Notes: generated by a model from the sequence alone, not told the origin. A stretch of DNA of 64,000 nt from an uncultured cyanobacterium (GCA_963740315.1 CAVUDP010000001.1:800001-864000); one strand, 5' to 3'. Shown: positions 42,604 through 57,207, counted from the stretch's first letter. Numbers and translations are program-made.

Positions 42604-42775
42604 GTAATTGGACTAGTAAATCTTGAATTTCCTTTGCAGCCTCGGCAAGAGTTTTTTCTGATGCTTCGTTGTGTTGAATTCCAATTTGGTTGCCTTCTAT
42701 GTTGGTATCTCCCGCATTCAAGTTACCAACTTGATTAATCTTAAATTCATTTTGATATTTAGAAGTTTCTGACAT
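42560..42775 (-). pseudogene. Small ORF with N/Q/G motif and helical segment, truncated at the junction with the HEAT gene
   Basis: MSETSKYQNEFKINQVGNLNAGDTNIEGNQIGIQHNEASEKTLAEAAKEIQDLLVQL, then out of frame. Confidence 0.65.
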
Positions 42776-42795
42776 AGTTTTACCCGTACAAATTC

Positions 42796-43443
42796 CTATT
42801 TTTCTTCAATCCTCGTCTTTACCCAACCCCGAAAAGCTTTCATTATTTTATTTCTCCCCTCGCTTTTACTTCTTTCTAAATACTGGGGAATCACCTCACT
42901 CAAAGGAAAACCAGGAAAATGAGGACTTTCATTTACTTGAATATATTTACCCTTTCGCAAAACGTTAATTTCCAATTGCGTACCGTTAAATCGCCATAAT
43001 TCTTTTACACCTAATACTTCATAATTATCAAAACGAGTTCTAGATGTAATATCGATTTCCAAAGCTATATCTGGTGGAGGATCTATAGTTAAATCGATGC
43101 GCTTTTTACCCCGAATTGCTGCTTCATTTTCAATATAGAAACAATCATCTGCTTCTATACCCCGCTTCATGGTTTCGCTTTTAAAAGTTGTTGAACCTAA
43201 ACTTCTAAATTCAAGATCGAGTTCTTCGAGAAGTACTTTTACCAAGTCAGCAATAATAACTTTATCATCTTCATGCTCCGGTAAGGGAACCATGATTTCT
43301 AAAACTCCCTCACTATAATTAATCCGGGAACCCCGTTTTTCCCCAAACTCTTCTAAAAGTTGCTCGTACATCAACCAGCTAACATCAGTCATTATAAGTT
43401 GTTGTCCTGGAGGAACTACAATTTGTTCGAGTTGTACTTGCAT
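42796..43443 (-). CDS. Uma2 (DUF820) endonuclease
   Basis: LEIMVPLPEHE, EADDCFY, PPPDIALEIDITS. Confidence 0.92.
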   Translation of the reverse strand: MQVQLEQIVVPPGQQLIMTDVSWLMYEQLLEEFGEKRGSRINYSEGVLEIMVPLPEHEDDKVIIADLVKVLLEELDLEFRSLGSTTFKSETMKRGIEADDCFYIENEAAIRGKKRIDLTIDPPPDIALEIDITSRTRFDNYEVLGVKELWRFNGTQLEINVLRKGKYIQVNESPHFPGFPLSEVIPQYLERSKSEGRNKIMKAFRGWVKTRIEEK

Positions 43444-43505
43444 AGTTTCCTTCCCCGGAGAGTTTTAACTTACTAATATTGTAAAAATTATTTTTGAATT
43501 TAAAT

Positions 43506-44036
43506 TCACCTTTTAGTCATAGCGATCGCCATATTAACCGTAAGTGGCAATTCCCCCAAAGTAGGTAAAATATCGTCTCCTGAAAGAACAACGGGTAATT
43601 CATCGCCAACCCAAACCCAAACTTGTTGACGAGTTATATCTATTAACCAAGCCAATTGCGTTCCATTGCTCAAACAGTGGAGAATTTTATTCTGTAAATC
43701 TATAGTACTTTGGTTCGGAGAACGAATTTCAATTAACCAATCCGGCGCTCCTTCAAAGGCTCCATCTTCATCAGAAATGCGATCGCTACTAATTACACAA
43801 ATATCCGATACTGGAGATAATGGAGGTACAATACACCGTAATTCTTGTATCGCTTCAAACTGCTCGGTATTGTTATTAATATAATTTACAATCTGGCGTT
43901 GCAACCGCGAATGAAAAAGAGTTGGCATCGGTTTTTGTAGCGCTTCCCCATTTATTAATTCCCATGCAGGGGAAGCCTCAATATTAGGTTGAGCAAGAAA
44001 TTCAGTTAAAGGTATTTTTGCAACCGACTTTATCAT
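43506..44036 (-). CDS. Uma2 (DUF820) endonuclease
   Basis: KPMPTLFHSRLQ, GAPDWLIEIRSP, LAWLID. Confidence 0.9.
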   Translation of the reverse strand: MIKSVAKIPLTEFLAQPNIEASPAWELINGEALQKPMPTLFHSRLQRQIVNYINNNTEQFEAIQELRCIVPPLSPVSDICVISSDRISDEDGAFEGAPDWLIEIRSPNQSTIDLQNKILHCLSNGTQLAWLIDITRQQVWVWVGDELPVVLSGDDILPTLGELPLTVNMAIAMTKR

Positions 44037-44256
44037 GAGCCGTTAATTAAGCTTGCTCGAATTTTACCATACCTATATCTCTCTATCCTCTTTTCTCTGC
44101 GCCCTCTGTGTCTCTGCGGTTTTTTTATCAGTAATCTTCTGACGCAATAGGAGTAATTACGAATTATTCTCCTCCTCTCCCCCTCTCTCCTCACGCTACC
44201 AACACCCTAAAAAGAATATGTTACTTAATAAGGTAGTTTCATTCACTAAACTCAAG

Positions 44257-44871
44257 ATGGTACAGACATCTATTAACCCAGAAACAGAAACCTTATTGCT
44301 TGAATTACCCAAAACAATTGGATTATACGTTACCCAAGAACAGTTTTTAGCTTTAAGTGCAGCAAACCGAGACTTGAAACTTGAAAGAAATGCGAAAGGA
44401 GAATTAATTGTGAATCCACCAACTGGTTGGGAAACTGGAGAGCGTAATATCAGCATTACCGGACAACTATATCGCTGGTACGAAGAAAACGAAAGTTTGG
44501 GTAAAGTTTTTGATTCTTCTACTGGCTTCATTTTACCCAACGGTGCTACTCGCTCCCCCGATGCTTCTTGGGTTTCTCAACAACGATGGGATGCACTTAC
44601 TTTAGAACAAAAAGGAACTTTTGCTAATATCTGTCCCGATTTTGTCGTTGAGTTACGCTCTAGCTCGGATAGAATTGAGCCTTTACAAGCTAAAATGAAG
44701 GAATATATAGACAATGGCGCGAAACTGGGTTGGTTGCTCAATCCACAAAATCGGCAAGTAGAAATTTATCGATCGCCTAAAACAGTAGAAGTATTGGAAA
44801 ATCCTACAGAATTATCTGGTGAAGATGTTTTACCTGGTTTTGTGCTGAATTTGCGTCGGGTGTGGAATTGA
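44257..44871 (+). CDS. Uma2 (DUF820) endonuclease
   Basis: DSSTGFILPNGATRSPDASW, CPDFVVELRS. Confidence 0.92.
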   Translation: MVQTSINPETETLLLELPKTIGLYVTQEQFLALSAANRDLKLERNAKGELIVNPPTGWETGERNISITGQLYRWYEENESLGKVFDSSTGFILPNGATRSPDASWVSQQRWDALTLEQKGTFANICPDFVVELRSSSDRIEPLQAKMKEYIDNGAKLGWLLNPQNRQVEIYRSPKTVEVLENPTELSGEDVLPGFVLNLRRVWN

Positions 44872-45350
44872 AAATTAATCCATATTTAAGAAGCTAATTT
44901 CAAATCTTCAACCTCAAAATTATGATTCTCCTGCCTCTAATACACTAATCCCCACTCAATAATTACTGAGTGAGGATTAATTTATATTTAGTTAAACTCG
45001 GTTTATTCACAACTTTTCTCCGAAGGAACAAAATTATGATAAACTTCATATTACGTTCGTGCCTAAAATCGAACGCAAAGACGAAACCCCTAGACTAGAT
45101 ACAGGGAACATCTACCTTTCTTTCAAGAAAATCTCAAGAAACTTCTATTCTTGAGTTAATTCTAATTAAAACTAAACTTCTGCAATATTAACCTTCTACC
45201 AATTTATATTGCTGATACAAATGATACCAAATAAAAGTAACATTTCGTTACATAATTTTGTTTGTATTAGTTTTATTTATGTAATTAAAAATTTATCGTT
45301 AAACAATATAGGCTATCAAGCATAGAAGTTAAACAATACAAAAAAATTCT

Positions 45351-46133
45351 ATGCAGCAATCTAATAGTAATTTTCAGGATATCCTACGGCAACTTGTAAC
45401 CCTAGCTGCTGTAGTAATTGCTTTTGTAGTCAACGTCTTATCAAACATTTTCCCGCTTAACGGACTTACAATTGGTGGAATATCGAATACTTTATTCAAA
45501 AACGTTTTAATAATTCCCGCTAACTATGCCTTTGCGATATGGGGATTAATTTACCTGGGATTATTTGCTTTCGCGATTTATCAAGTCTTACCTTCCCAAC
45601 GAGAGAATCCCAATTTACGTAAAACCGGATATTTATTAACAATTGCATCAGTAGCTCAAAGTATTTGGGTGTATCTATTTTTATCTCGGCTTTTCATGCT
45701 TTCAGTTATTGCAATGCTGTTAATTCTACTACCGTTAATTACCATGTATTTACGTTTGGGAATTGGTACACCTGCATCACGCGCCGAAAAATGGTTTATT
45801 CGTTACCCAATTAGCATTTACCTGGGTTGGATAAGCGTTGCGACTATCGTTAATATTGCCAGTGCTTTATATATTAATAATTGGAACGGTTTCGGTATAT
45901 CCCCCGAAATCTTGACTGCAATTATGGTAATTATTGCCACACTTATAGCTGCGATCGCACTTCTTCAACGTCAAGACATTGCTTATAGCGGTGTAACAGT
46001 ATGGGCATTAATTGCGATCGCCATAAAACACTGGGAAAATTTTATTTTGAGAATCCTAGCATTATTATGCGCTTTCCTAATCATTGCGATCGGCTTATTT
46101 TCAAAATTCACCCAATTAAAAGTTAAAAGTTAA
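45351..46133 (+). CDS. TspO/MBR-like tryptophan-rich membrane protein
   Basis: PANYAFAIWGLIY, SIYLGWISVATIVN. Confidence 0.75.
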   Translation: MQQSNSNFQDILRQLVTLAAVVIAFVVNVLSNIFPLNGLTIGGISNTLFKNVLIIPANYAFAIWGLIYLGLFAFAIYQVLPSQRENPNLRKTGYLLTIASVAQSIWVYLFLSRLFMLSVIAMLLILLPLITMYLRLGIGTPASRAEKWFIRYPISIYLGWISVATIVNIASALYINNWNGFGISPEILTAIMVIIATLIAAIALLQRQDIAYSGVTVWALIAIAIKHWENFILRILALLCAFLIIAIGLFSKFTQLKVKS

Positions 46134-46180
46134 ATAACTCAATACTCCTAACTCATCCCCTTGTCACCCCACGCCCAATT

Positions 46181-46570
46181 CTAAAGCGATTCTAAATAAC
46201 TCAATAAATCCGCCATTTCTCTAACGTTAGGCTGAAATTTGGGCATTGGAGGGGTATTTCCGTCAGTCACTTGGTGAATCAGTCCATAACGAGATTTACG
46301 TTTGGATACCCCTTTTAAAGAAGGACCTACACTTCCCGTTGCTTCCAAGCCGTGACAGCCAGCGCAGTTAATTTGAAAAATTGCATGTCCTTGAACGGGG
46401 TTTCCTACTGTAGATAATACAGTTTTAATATAGGGGTCGGAAGTTCTTACCATATTTACAGCAAAAATGCTTAAAAGAATTGTTAGCAAAACGGAAACCG
46501 CGAATAACGCGATTCGCCCCATCAGAATGTCCGGTTTGGTAATCTGGTTATCCAAAAGGTTTGCTGTCAA
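46181..46570 (-). CDS. cytM: Cytochrome cM
   Basis: TM anchor, NCAGCHG heme motif, TPPMPKFQP; divergent from petG. Confidence 0.88.
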   Translation of the reverse strand: MTANLLDNQITKPDILMGRIALFAVSVLLTILLSIFAVNMVRTSDPYIKTVLSTVGNPVQGHAIFQINCAGCHGLEATGSVGPSLKGVSKRKSRYGLIHQVTDGNTPPMPKFQPNVREMADLLSYLESL

Positions 46571-46764
46571 AGTCGGTGTCTACAAAAATATTTCATTTCA
46601 TACACATAGCTTAAAAGTTCTTGACGGTCTGTGCAAGCACTAATCGCCGTTTTTTGCGGGTTAAATGTGGCTCTAATTCACTCACTGACCGCTTTTTGCC
46701 GCTTATAGTGGTAAAATCAAAGATAGTAAACAAATATGAAATCTATTGCAATAAGGAGAATCTA

Positions 46765-46878
46765 ATGGTTGAACCGTTACTTGACGGCATGGTTCTAGGT
46801 TTAGTTTTCGTTACTTTGGCTGGTTTGTTTTACAAAGCTTACGAGCAATACAAACGCGGCAACGAACTCGGACTGTAA
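46765..46878 (+). CDS. petG: Cytochrome b6f subunit V
   Basis: [37 protein letters not shown] with AAGGAG RBS. Confidence 0.96.
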   Translation: MVEPLLDGMVLGLVFVTLAGLFYKAYEQYKRGNELGL

Positions 46879-47160
46879 CAGCGAGCAGTTACCAGTTATC
46901 AGCGATCGGTTCCTGGTAATTGGTAAGTATTGTTTCTCAAAGGGGACTAAAACCAAATCTTCATTTAGTCCTCTTCTAGAGGACTTTTGCTATTTAACAG
47001 TGGTTTTCAACTTTCAAGCGGATAAACCAAGTTTATAAAATGCTGGTTACGAAAAAGAATTATTGGTGAAAAAAACTTCAAACTCCAACCTTAGTGGTTA
47101 CAAAAAAAAGTAGCCTATTAAAAAGCAGAATTATATTATGTACTGGTAACTGGTCACTGG

Positions 47161-47736
47161 TCACTGATAACTGTAAAAACTCACAGCAGTATTACCATAA
47201 ACTTTTTGACGGCAGATTTCTAACTCTGGTATTTGTGGTGGTGTGAATAATTTAGGGTTGTATTCTACCGCAACTTCTCCATTGATATCTAAAAGCTTGT
47301 AGCGAATGATGGCTTCTAAAACTGGTTTGTATAAATCGCTTGCATAAGGTGGGTCAAAATAAATTCTATCAAACTGTTGTTCGCTGAGTTTAGGCAACTG
47401 CTGTAAAATGTCTCCTTGTAAAAGTTTCCATTCTTGTTCGGAACTTGCTACTTTTTGCCAATTTTGGGTTATAATACCGCAGGCACTTTTAGACTTTTCA
47501 ACACCAACTACAACGCTTGCTCCTCGACACAAAGCTTCCGCACCCATAGAACCCGTTCCGGTGCATAAATCTAACCAGCGACAATCTGCAATTGCAACTT
47601 GCCAGATATTAAATATAGCTTCTCTTACTCGTGCTAGAGTAGGTCTGGTTTGCTTCCCTGGTAATGTTTTTAATTGACGATTTCCGTAGATTCTTAGCAT
47701 TCCGGATTTTCGTGTTGTTCGGGATCTTAGCGACAA
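47161..47736 (-). CDS. rsmD: 16S rRNA m2G966 methyltransferase
   Basis: TRPT..VREAIFN, LDLCTGTGSMG.EALCRG, YFDPPY, YG. Confidence 0.92.
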   Translation of the reverse strand: MSLRSRTTRKSGMLRIYGNRQLKTLPGKQTRPTLARVREAIFNIWQVAIADCRWLDLCTGTGSMGAEALCRGASVVVGVEKSKSACGIITQNWQKVASSEQEWKLLQGDILQQLPKLSEQQFDRIYFDPPYASDLYKPVLEAIIRYKLLDINGEVAVEYNPKLFTPPQIPELEICRQKVYGNTAVSFYSYQ

Positions 47737-47857
47737 TAGTACTTTTTACTGCCGAATATAGAATATAGCAGAAAAACACGAATTGAATTGTTGCATTAAA
47801 TTTGAATTGTTTGCATTGGCAATTGAATGTAAGATACTTGCAAATTAATTAAACAGC

Positions 47858-48493
47858 TTAAACAGCGATTTTTTCACGTACCTGAGAGACAAAATTAGAA
47901 AGGATTTGTAGTCCAACGTTAGAGGATTTTTCGGGGTGAAATTGAACTGCGGTGACATTATCGTAAGCGATCGCAGCAGTTACAGTTTGACTACCGTGAG
48001 TTACAGTTGCGGCATTAATTTTTTTATTTACTGGATCGACGTAGAAAGAATGGACAAAATATACCCAAGGTTGGGGTGGTAAATGCTCCCATAAAAGTGA
48101 CGTTGGCTGAGTTATTTCTAATTGATTCCAACCCATATGAGGAATTCTGATCTGCGACTCGGTATGAAAGCGCCTCACTTTTCCTTTGATGATTCCTAAT
48201 CCATTTTCAACTCCTTCCTCGGATGATTCAAAAAGAATTTGCATTCCCAGACAGATTCCTAAGAAAGGTTTTCCTTGAGCAATGACATCTTTAATTGGTT
48301 CGATCAAACCTCGCGATCGTAAAGAACGCATTGCTGGATCGAATGCACCAACTCCAGGTAATACAACTGCCATAGCTTTTTCCAAATCTTTTGGTGAACT
48401 TGTAATTTTAGGAGTTGCACCGGCTTTTTCTAAAGCTTTACAAACTGAGTGCAAATTACCCATGTCATAATCAATTACTGCAATTACCGCCAT
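47858..48493 (-). CDS. hisH: Imidazole glycerol phosphate synthase glutaminase subunit
   Basis: DYDMGNLHSV, LPGVGAF, GICLGMQ, PHMGWN, QFHPEKS. Confidence 0.97.
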   Translation of the reverse strand: MAVIAVIDYDMGNLHSVCKALEKAGATPKITSSPKDLEKAMAVVLPGVGAFDPAMRSLRSRGLIEPIKDVIAQGKPFLGICLGMQILFESSEEGVENGLGIIKGKVRRFHTESQIRIPHMGWNQLEITQPTSLLWEHLPPQPWVYFVHSFYVDPVNKKINAATVTHGSQTVTAAIAYDNVTAVQFHPEKSSNVGLQILSNFVSQVREKIAV

Positions 48494-49213
48494 TAACCTA
48501 CTCCCGATAATTTACTAGATGGAGGGTGAACCTATTTTAAATAATAAATTTGATGACGCAAAGATTGCTATTAACTTATGAACAAATTTTGGCTTATCTG
48601 TTACAAATCAATTTGTTCTGATGACTTACTGCTTAAAATTGCTTTACATAGCTAGAGGGTATGGTTGATTTGATTTTGCCGCACTAAACTTACCTATAAA
48701 TTTACAACTTGTTGGTTTAAGAGAAATTAAAAAACAGTGAACTTTTAACTCTATGCTATTCCAAGCAGCTCAAAGATGCAAAGTCATAAGCCAAACACAA
48801 TAGAAAATTTAGTGGAAAGAGTAACAGCAACTATGCAGGAAGCCTGCTTTTTTAGAAGACTTGACACAGATACAAATAAAGACTTACATACAAATTCCGA
48901 TAGTTTTAAATAAGTATCTAATAAGTACTATAGTACAGATATATTCCGTATTAAGTAAATCAAAAAGGATTTGCAGAAAATGTGTTGCATACAACTGTTG
49001 ATTTCAACCAATGAAAAGCCCTGGAGTAAGGCAGTTGAGATCGAATACCGTTCGGGAAAATAAAAAGGAAAATGATTTTATTATTTAATTTTAGATAGCT
49101 GGCTACAACAGCAAATTTAAGGTTGTTGTATATCGACCGCCGTTATTTTTTTAACAAAAAAAATATGATAATTTATTGCCAATCCCCGAACAATTAGAAG
49201 GTAGGTAGGCACT

Positions 49214-50623
49214 TTGATCTATATAGGTGCGTCTTTAATCAAACGAAAAAGCGAATCTTATATGTTTTCTTTCTTACTCAATTTTCCTATCGCTCAAACA
49301 ACTCCTCTTCCACCTCCACCTGTAGAAGTAGTACAACCGCAACAAGTGCGTCCTTTACCGGGTAAACTTGATGATGTCCCGGTTTTTAATAGCAACAGTC
49401 CGGAATTAGTTCTCGAAGAAGGAATTCTGCTTTCAACATTTCGGGGGAGAAGAAAGAAAGTACCCGAAGCGCACCTTAATTTCCCTTTCAAAGGAAGATT
49501 TGATATATTTGCTCATCATGTTGCCAAAGCATCCGAACCTTCGGATTTAAGAACTTTATATCTGGGGATAATGCTGCATAACCCCACCTCGCAACCTGTA
49601 ACGGTAAATGTATTACACGCAGCGAGTTATTTAAGTCAACCGGATGCGCCATTCATTGATTTACCATCCCAAAAAAATAATTATTTTGGTACGGTGTTTT
49701 CTGGTCCTGGAAGTCGGGTTATGAGCGATATTCTTAGAAAACGCCGTCAATCGTCTTTACCCACTCAATTAATAATTCCAGCAGGGGAAAGTCGAATGTT
49801 ATTAAACGCACCAATTCCTGTTAAAGAACTGGAGCCACCTATTAATGGACGTTCTACTTTAATAAGATTGTGGAGTAGTGGTAAGGTATATGCTGCTTCT
49901 TTAGCAATGTTTGCACCAAAAAACGTTAATGGAAGCGAGCGTGCCCCAACATTACAAGAATGGCAAAATTTACTTGATAAAGGTAACTTAGCAGGACCAA
50001 GAGATAAAGCACCTACTCCACCAGAAGACATCGACAAACCAATTATTTACGGAAGAGTCTCCGGAGTTGCAAAAGGTTCTCAATGGAATTCTTTAGTCGT
50101 CGATCGCCCTAAAAAGACTTATCTTACAATTCCTCAATCGGGTGAAGCTTTTTCCTACGGTATTGCTACCCTACATCGCGGAACATTAGGAACCAACCAA
50201 ATTCAAAGTGCCCAGATGTTAGCACGCTATCCCGACACTGCATATTACGCTCACGGAAACTATGGGATTTTATACAGTTTGCAGTTACCTTTATTAAATA
50301 AATCGGATACACCGCAAACTGTTAAAGTATCATTGCAAACACCGATAAAAGAAGATAAATTAACCCAAAACGGGTTACGCTTCTTTGATAATCCAGATAA
50401 AAGAGTATTTTTTCGCGGTACGGTAAGGGTGCGTTATACAGATGACAGAGGATTACCCCGTACCCGCTACTTACATTTGGTACAAAATAGAGGCGATCGA
50501 GGCGAACCCTTAACAATATTAAATATGAAACCAGGTGATAAGAGACTTGTAGAAGTTGATTTACTGTATCCCCCAGATGCGACACCACCGCAGGTACTTA
50601 CAGTTGAAACGGAAAAGAAGTAA
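49214..50623 (+). CDS. DUF3370-family cyanobacterial protein
   Basis: VFNSNSPE, FAHH, AHGNYG, YPPDATPPQVLTV; start probably ATG 49262. Confidence 0.8.
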   Translation: MIYIGASLIKRKSESYMFSFLLNFPIAQTTPLPPPPVEVVQPQQVRPLPGKLDDVPVFNSNSPELVLEEGILLSTFRGRRKKVPEAHLNFPFKGRFDIFAHHVAKASEPSDLRTLYLGIMLHNPTSQPVTVNVLHAASYLSQPDAPFIDLPSQKNNYFGTVFSGPGSRVMSDILRKRRQSSLPTQLIIPAGESRMLLNAPIPVKELEPPINGRSTLIRLWSSGKVYAASLAMFAPKNVNGSERAPTLQEWQNLLDKGNLAGPRDKAPTPPEDIDKPIIYGRVSGVAKGSQWNSLVVDRPKKTYLTIPQSGEAFSYGIATLHRGTLGTNQIQSAQMLARYPDTAYYAHGNYGILYSLQLPLLNKSDTPQTVKVSLQTPIKEDKLTQNGLRFFDNPDKRVFFRGTVRVRYTDDRGLPRTRYLHLVQNRGDRGEPLTILNMKPGDKRLVEVDLLYPPDATPPQVLTVETEKK

Positions 50624-50805
50624 GAATTAGTTTTTCTTGTAGGGTGTGTTAGACCCACGATTATGTATCATTTAAAACGATAATCTATCTACGGGTCTAA
50701 CGCACCATCCTGATTTAGTGGATGACGGCAAAAGATAAAATGACGCTACAAATATCTGGGTTAAAGCGGGTTGGTAAATGAGTTATCTTTAAATTTATTA
50801 ATGAA

Positions 50806-51216
50806 TTGAAGCAAATTATGACTGCTGAGGAATTGTTGCAACGTTATATTGCTGGAGGAAGAAATTTTAGCGGAATTGTTATTAGTGAATTGCGTGAAGG
50901 TTTGTTCAGAGGTATTAACCTCAGCGATATTAATCTGGAGGGTTCCTCTATTGATATTGATTTCAGTGGTGCTATTTTGAGAAGAGCTAATTTGCGATAC
51001 AGTGTCTGGCACTTTTGGAAGTGGGAAAACGTTGACTTAAGTGGTTCCGATATGACTGGGATCAACAATATTTGCACTTGTATTTTCGTTCGCTGTAACT
51101 TCAGTAATACTATCTGGGATCAAGCCGACCTGTTTCAATCTACTTTTAAAGATTGCGACCTGCTTGGTGCTAACTTCGATAATACCAAGTTTAGTGAAGT
51201 TGACCTGTATGGGTAA
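50806..51216 (+). CDS. Small pentapeptide-repeat protein
   Basis: TAEELLQRYIAGGRNFSG followed by pentapeptide repeats. Confidence 0.85.
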   Translation: MKQIMTAEELLQRYIAGGRNFSGIVISELREGLFRGINLSDINLEGSSIDIDFSGAILRRANLRYSVWHFWKWENVDLSGSDMTGINNICTCIFVRCNFSNTIWDQADLFQSTFKDCDLLGANFDNTKFSEVDLYG

Positions 51217-51265
51217 ATTTTGAGAAAGCTGGCAAATGAAATCTAATCAAAATAATCTAAATATA

Positions 51266-51302
51266 AAAAAACCCCTCTGAATATCACAGAAGGGTTTTTT
51301 TA
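51266..51302. terminator. Bidirectional intrinsic terminator downstream of the rRNA operon
   Basis: AAAAAAACCC..CTG/CAG..GGGTTTTTT hairpin. Confidence 0.6.
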
Positions 51303-51325
51303 TTCTATCTTGTTTGAATTAAAAA

Positions 51326-51443
51326 CCTGGCACCGAGCTATTTTCACAGGAGGCAACCCTCCAACTATCGTCGCCGCAACAGCGTTTCACCTCTGAGTTC
51401 GGGATGGAGTCAGTGTGGTTCCACCGCGCCATAGGCACCAGGA
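51326..51443 (-). rRNA. rrf: 5S rRNA
   Basis: Reverse complement TCCTGGTGCCTATGGCGCGGTGGAACCAC...CTCGGTGCCAGG. Confidence 0.97.
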
Positions 51444-51534
51444 AACTTGTAGGGAATACAGAATCCCTGAAGGCTGCATATTCACGCTATTTGTAATGAT
51501 TGTTATCTTTAATACATTGAACATCAATTGATAG

Positions 51535-54352
<2,818 letters not shown>

Positions 54353-54554
54353 ACATTGATGTTCCAATACAATCATTTTGACAAAATAGGATATCTAGAT
54401 ACAATATCTAATTACTTTTACGCAATTAAACACTACCTAAAATCATTTTCGCGTGAATATGCAGTTTTCAAGGTTCTGACTGGATAACAATCCAGCATTC
54501 CGACTTTTATTAGTCTGGGTGCTGAAATTCCATACTTATGATGAATAAAAATTT

Positions 54555-54630
54555 TGGTGGAGGTAAGCGGACTCGAACCGCTGACATCTGCCTTGCAAAG
54601 GCAGCGCTCTACCAACTGAGCTATACCCCC
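54555..54630 (-). tRNA. tRNA-Ala(TGC)
   Basis: GGGGGTATAGCTCAGTTGGTAGAGCGCTGCCTTTGCAAGGCAG...TCCACCA. Confidence 0.97.
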
Positions 54631-54709
54631 ATCTACAGCTAAGAGTTATCAATTACCAGTTATCAAATTAATTGAATACTGTTCACTGTTCACTGCTCAC
54701 TGTTTCAGG

Positions 54710-54783
<74 letters not shown>

Positions 54784-54963
54784 ATAAGTGATAATCAATT
54801 AACTAATCAATTTATATTATTAAATATAATTAACTAATTAATTACCGAACCTATAATTGTTTGAAAGCCAAAAGTAATACCTAATCTACGTTACGACCTA
54901 GGATGTACCTTCTCATCATCTAATGGCAAATTGCTTTTAATGTATGAGTGGTTAGGTCTCCCT

Positions 54964-56450
<1,487 letters not shown>

Positions 56451-56663
56451 TGATGGATACAATACTTAGCTCACAGTTAAATACATAACTAACTAAGCAT
56501 TGTTTTGTCCTTGACTAACTGATTTAAACCTCAGTTGTGGTTAATTACTTTACTAACGCAGACCATTTATGGTATACTGGCTTTCAAACAAATATATAAT
56601 TTTCTTGGTTCGGAACCCTTGAGGAGTCGGCGTTTCGCGTTTCTCTCTCTCAGGCACTTATAC

Positions 56664-56692
56664 ATAGTACCGAGAGAACCTATTCGTGTCAA
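56664..56692 (-). promoter_or_regulatory. rRNA operon sigma-70 type promoter
   Basis: TTGACA-17 nt-TACTAT on the minus strand with an A-tract upstream. Confidence 0.8.
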
Positions 56693-56920
56693 CACTTTTT
56701 TCAAAGTTTTTTGGAAAATATTTTAGTCGATTGCTAGAAGCCTTACGTTTCAAAGGTTTTGAGGTTAATTTTTTTTTAGATTTTTTTTGAAAAAGTCCTC
56801 GGTGGGAATAAACTTTGCTGGTTTAGCTCTATGGCGAACAAAATAACTGGCGGATTTTGATTTGAGATGCTCCAAGTTGGGGCTTGAAACCTTGGAAGCC
56901 ATACATGAATATTTAAAGCT

Positions 56921-57052
56921 GGCGGTTAAAGCCGCGCCTACACAAGCAAAGTCCGCCTGCGCGGACTATATATATGAGAATTCTTTTTTGATGTTTGGCT
57001 GTTGAAACCATTGTTAGACAAGCAAAGTCCGCCTGCTCGGACTATATATATA
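56921..57052. repeat. Dispersed repeat ACAAGCAAAGTCCGCCTGCGCGGACTATATAT, two copies
   Basis: Copies at about 56942 and 57018. Confidence 0.7.
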
Positions 57053-57207
57053 GAGATTTGGAGTAAGTCAAGACTTGTAACTGTAGTGTTTCGCCAAAGT
57101 TTCAACAGTTTGGTTTTAGTTAAAGGTGTTTGCGATTCAAGCCTTACTAAGGACTGAAGGTGAAATAATATAGTATTGATGAACTAATCAATTTACTAAA
57201 CTGCCCT

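Noticed and set aside
42560..42640. Programmed frameshift joining the small ORF to the HEAT ORF
   Set aside because: No slippery sequence is visible; both sides look truncated, which fits a deletion better.
48500..49210. Long intergenic region as an ncRNA or riboswitch
   Set aside because: AT-rich, with no recognisable motif or convincing structure by eye.
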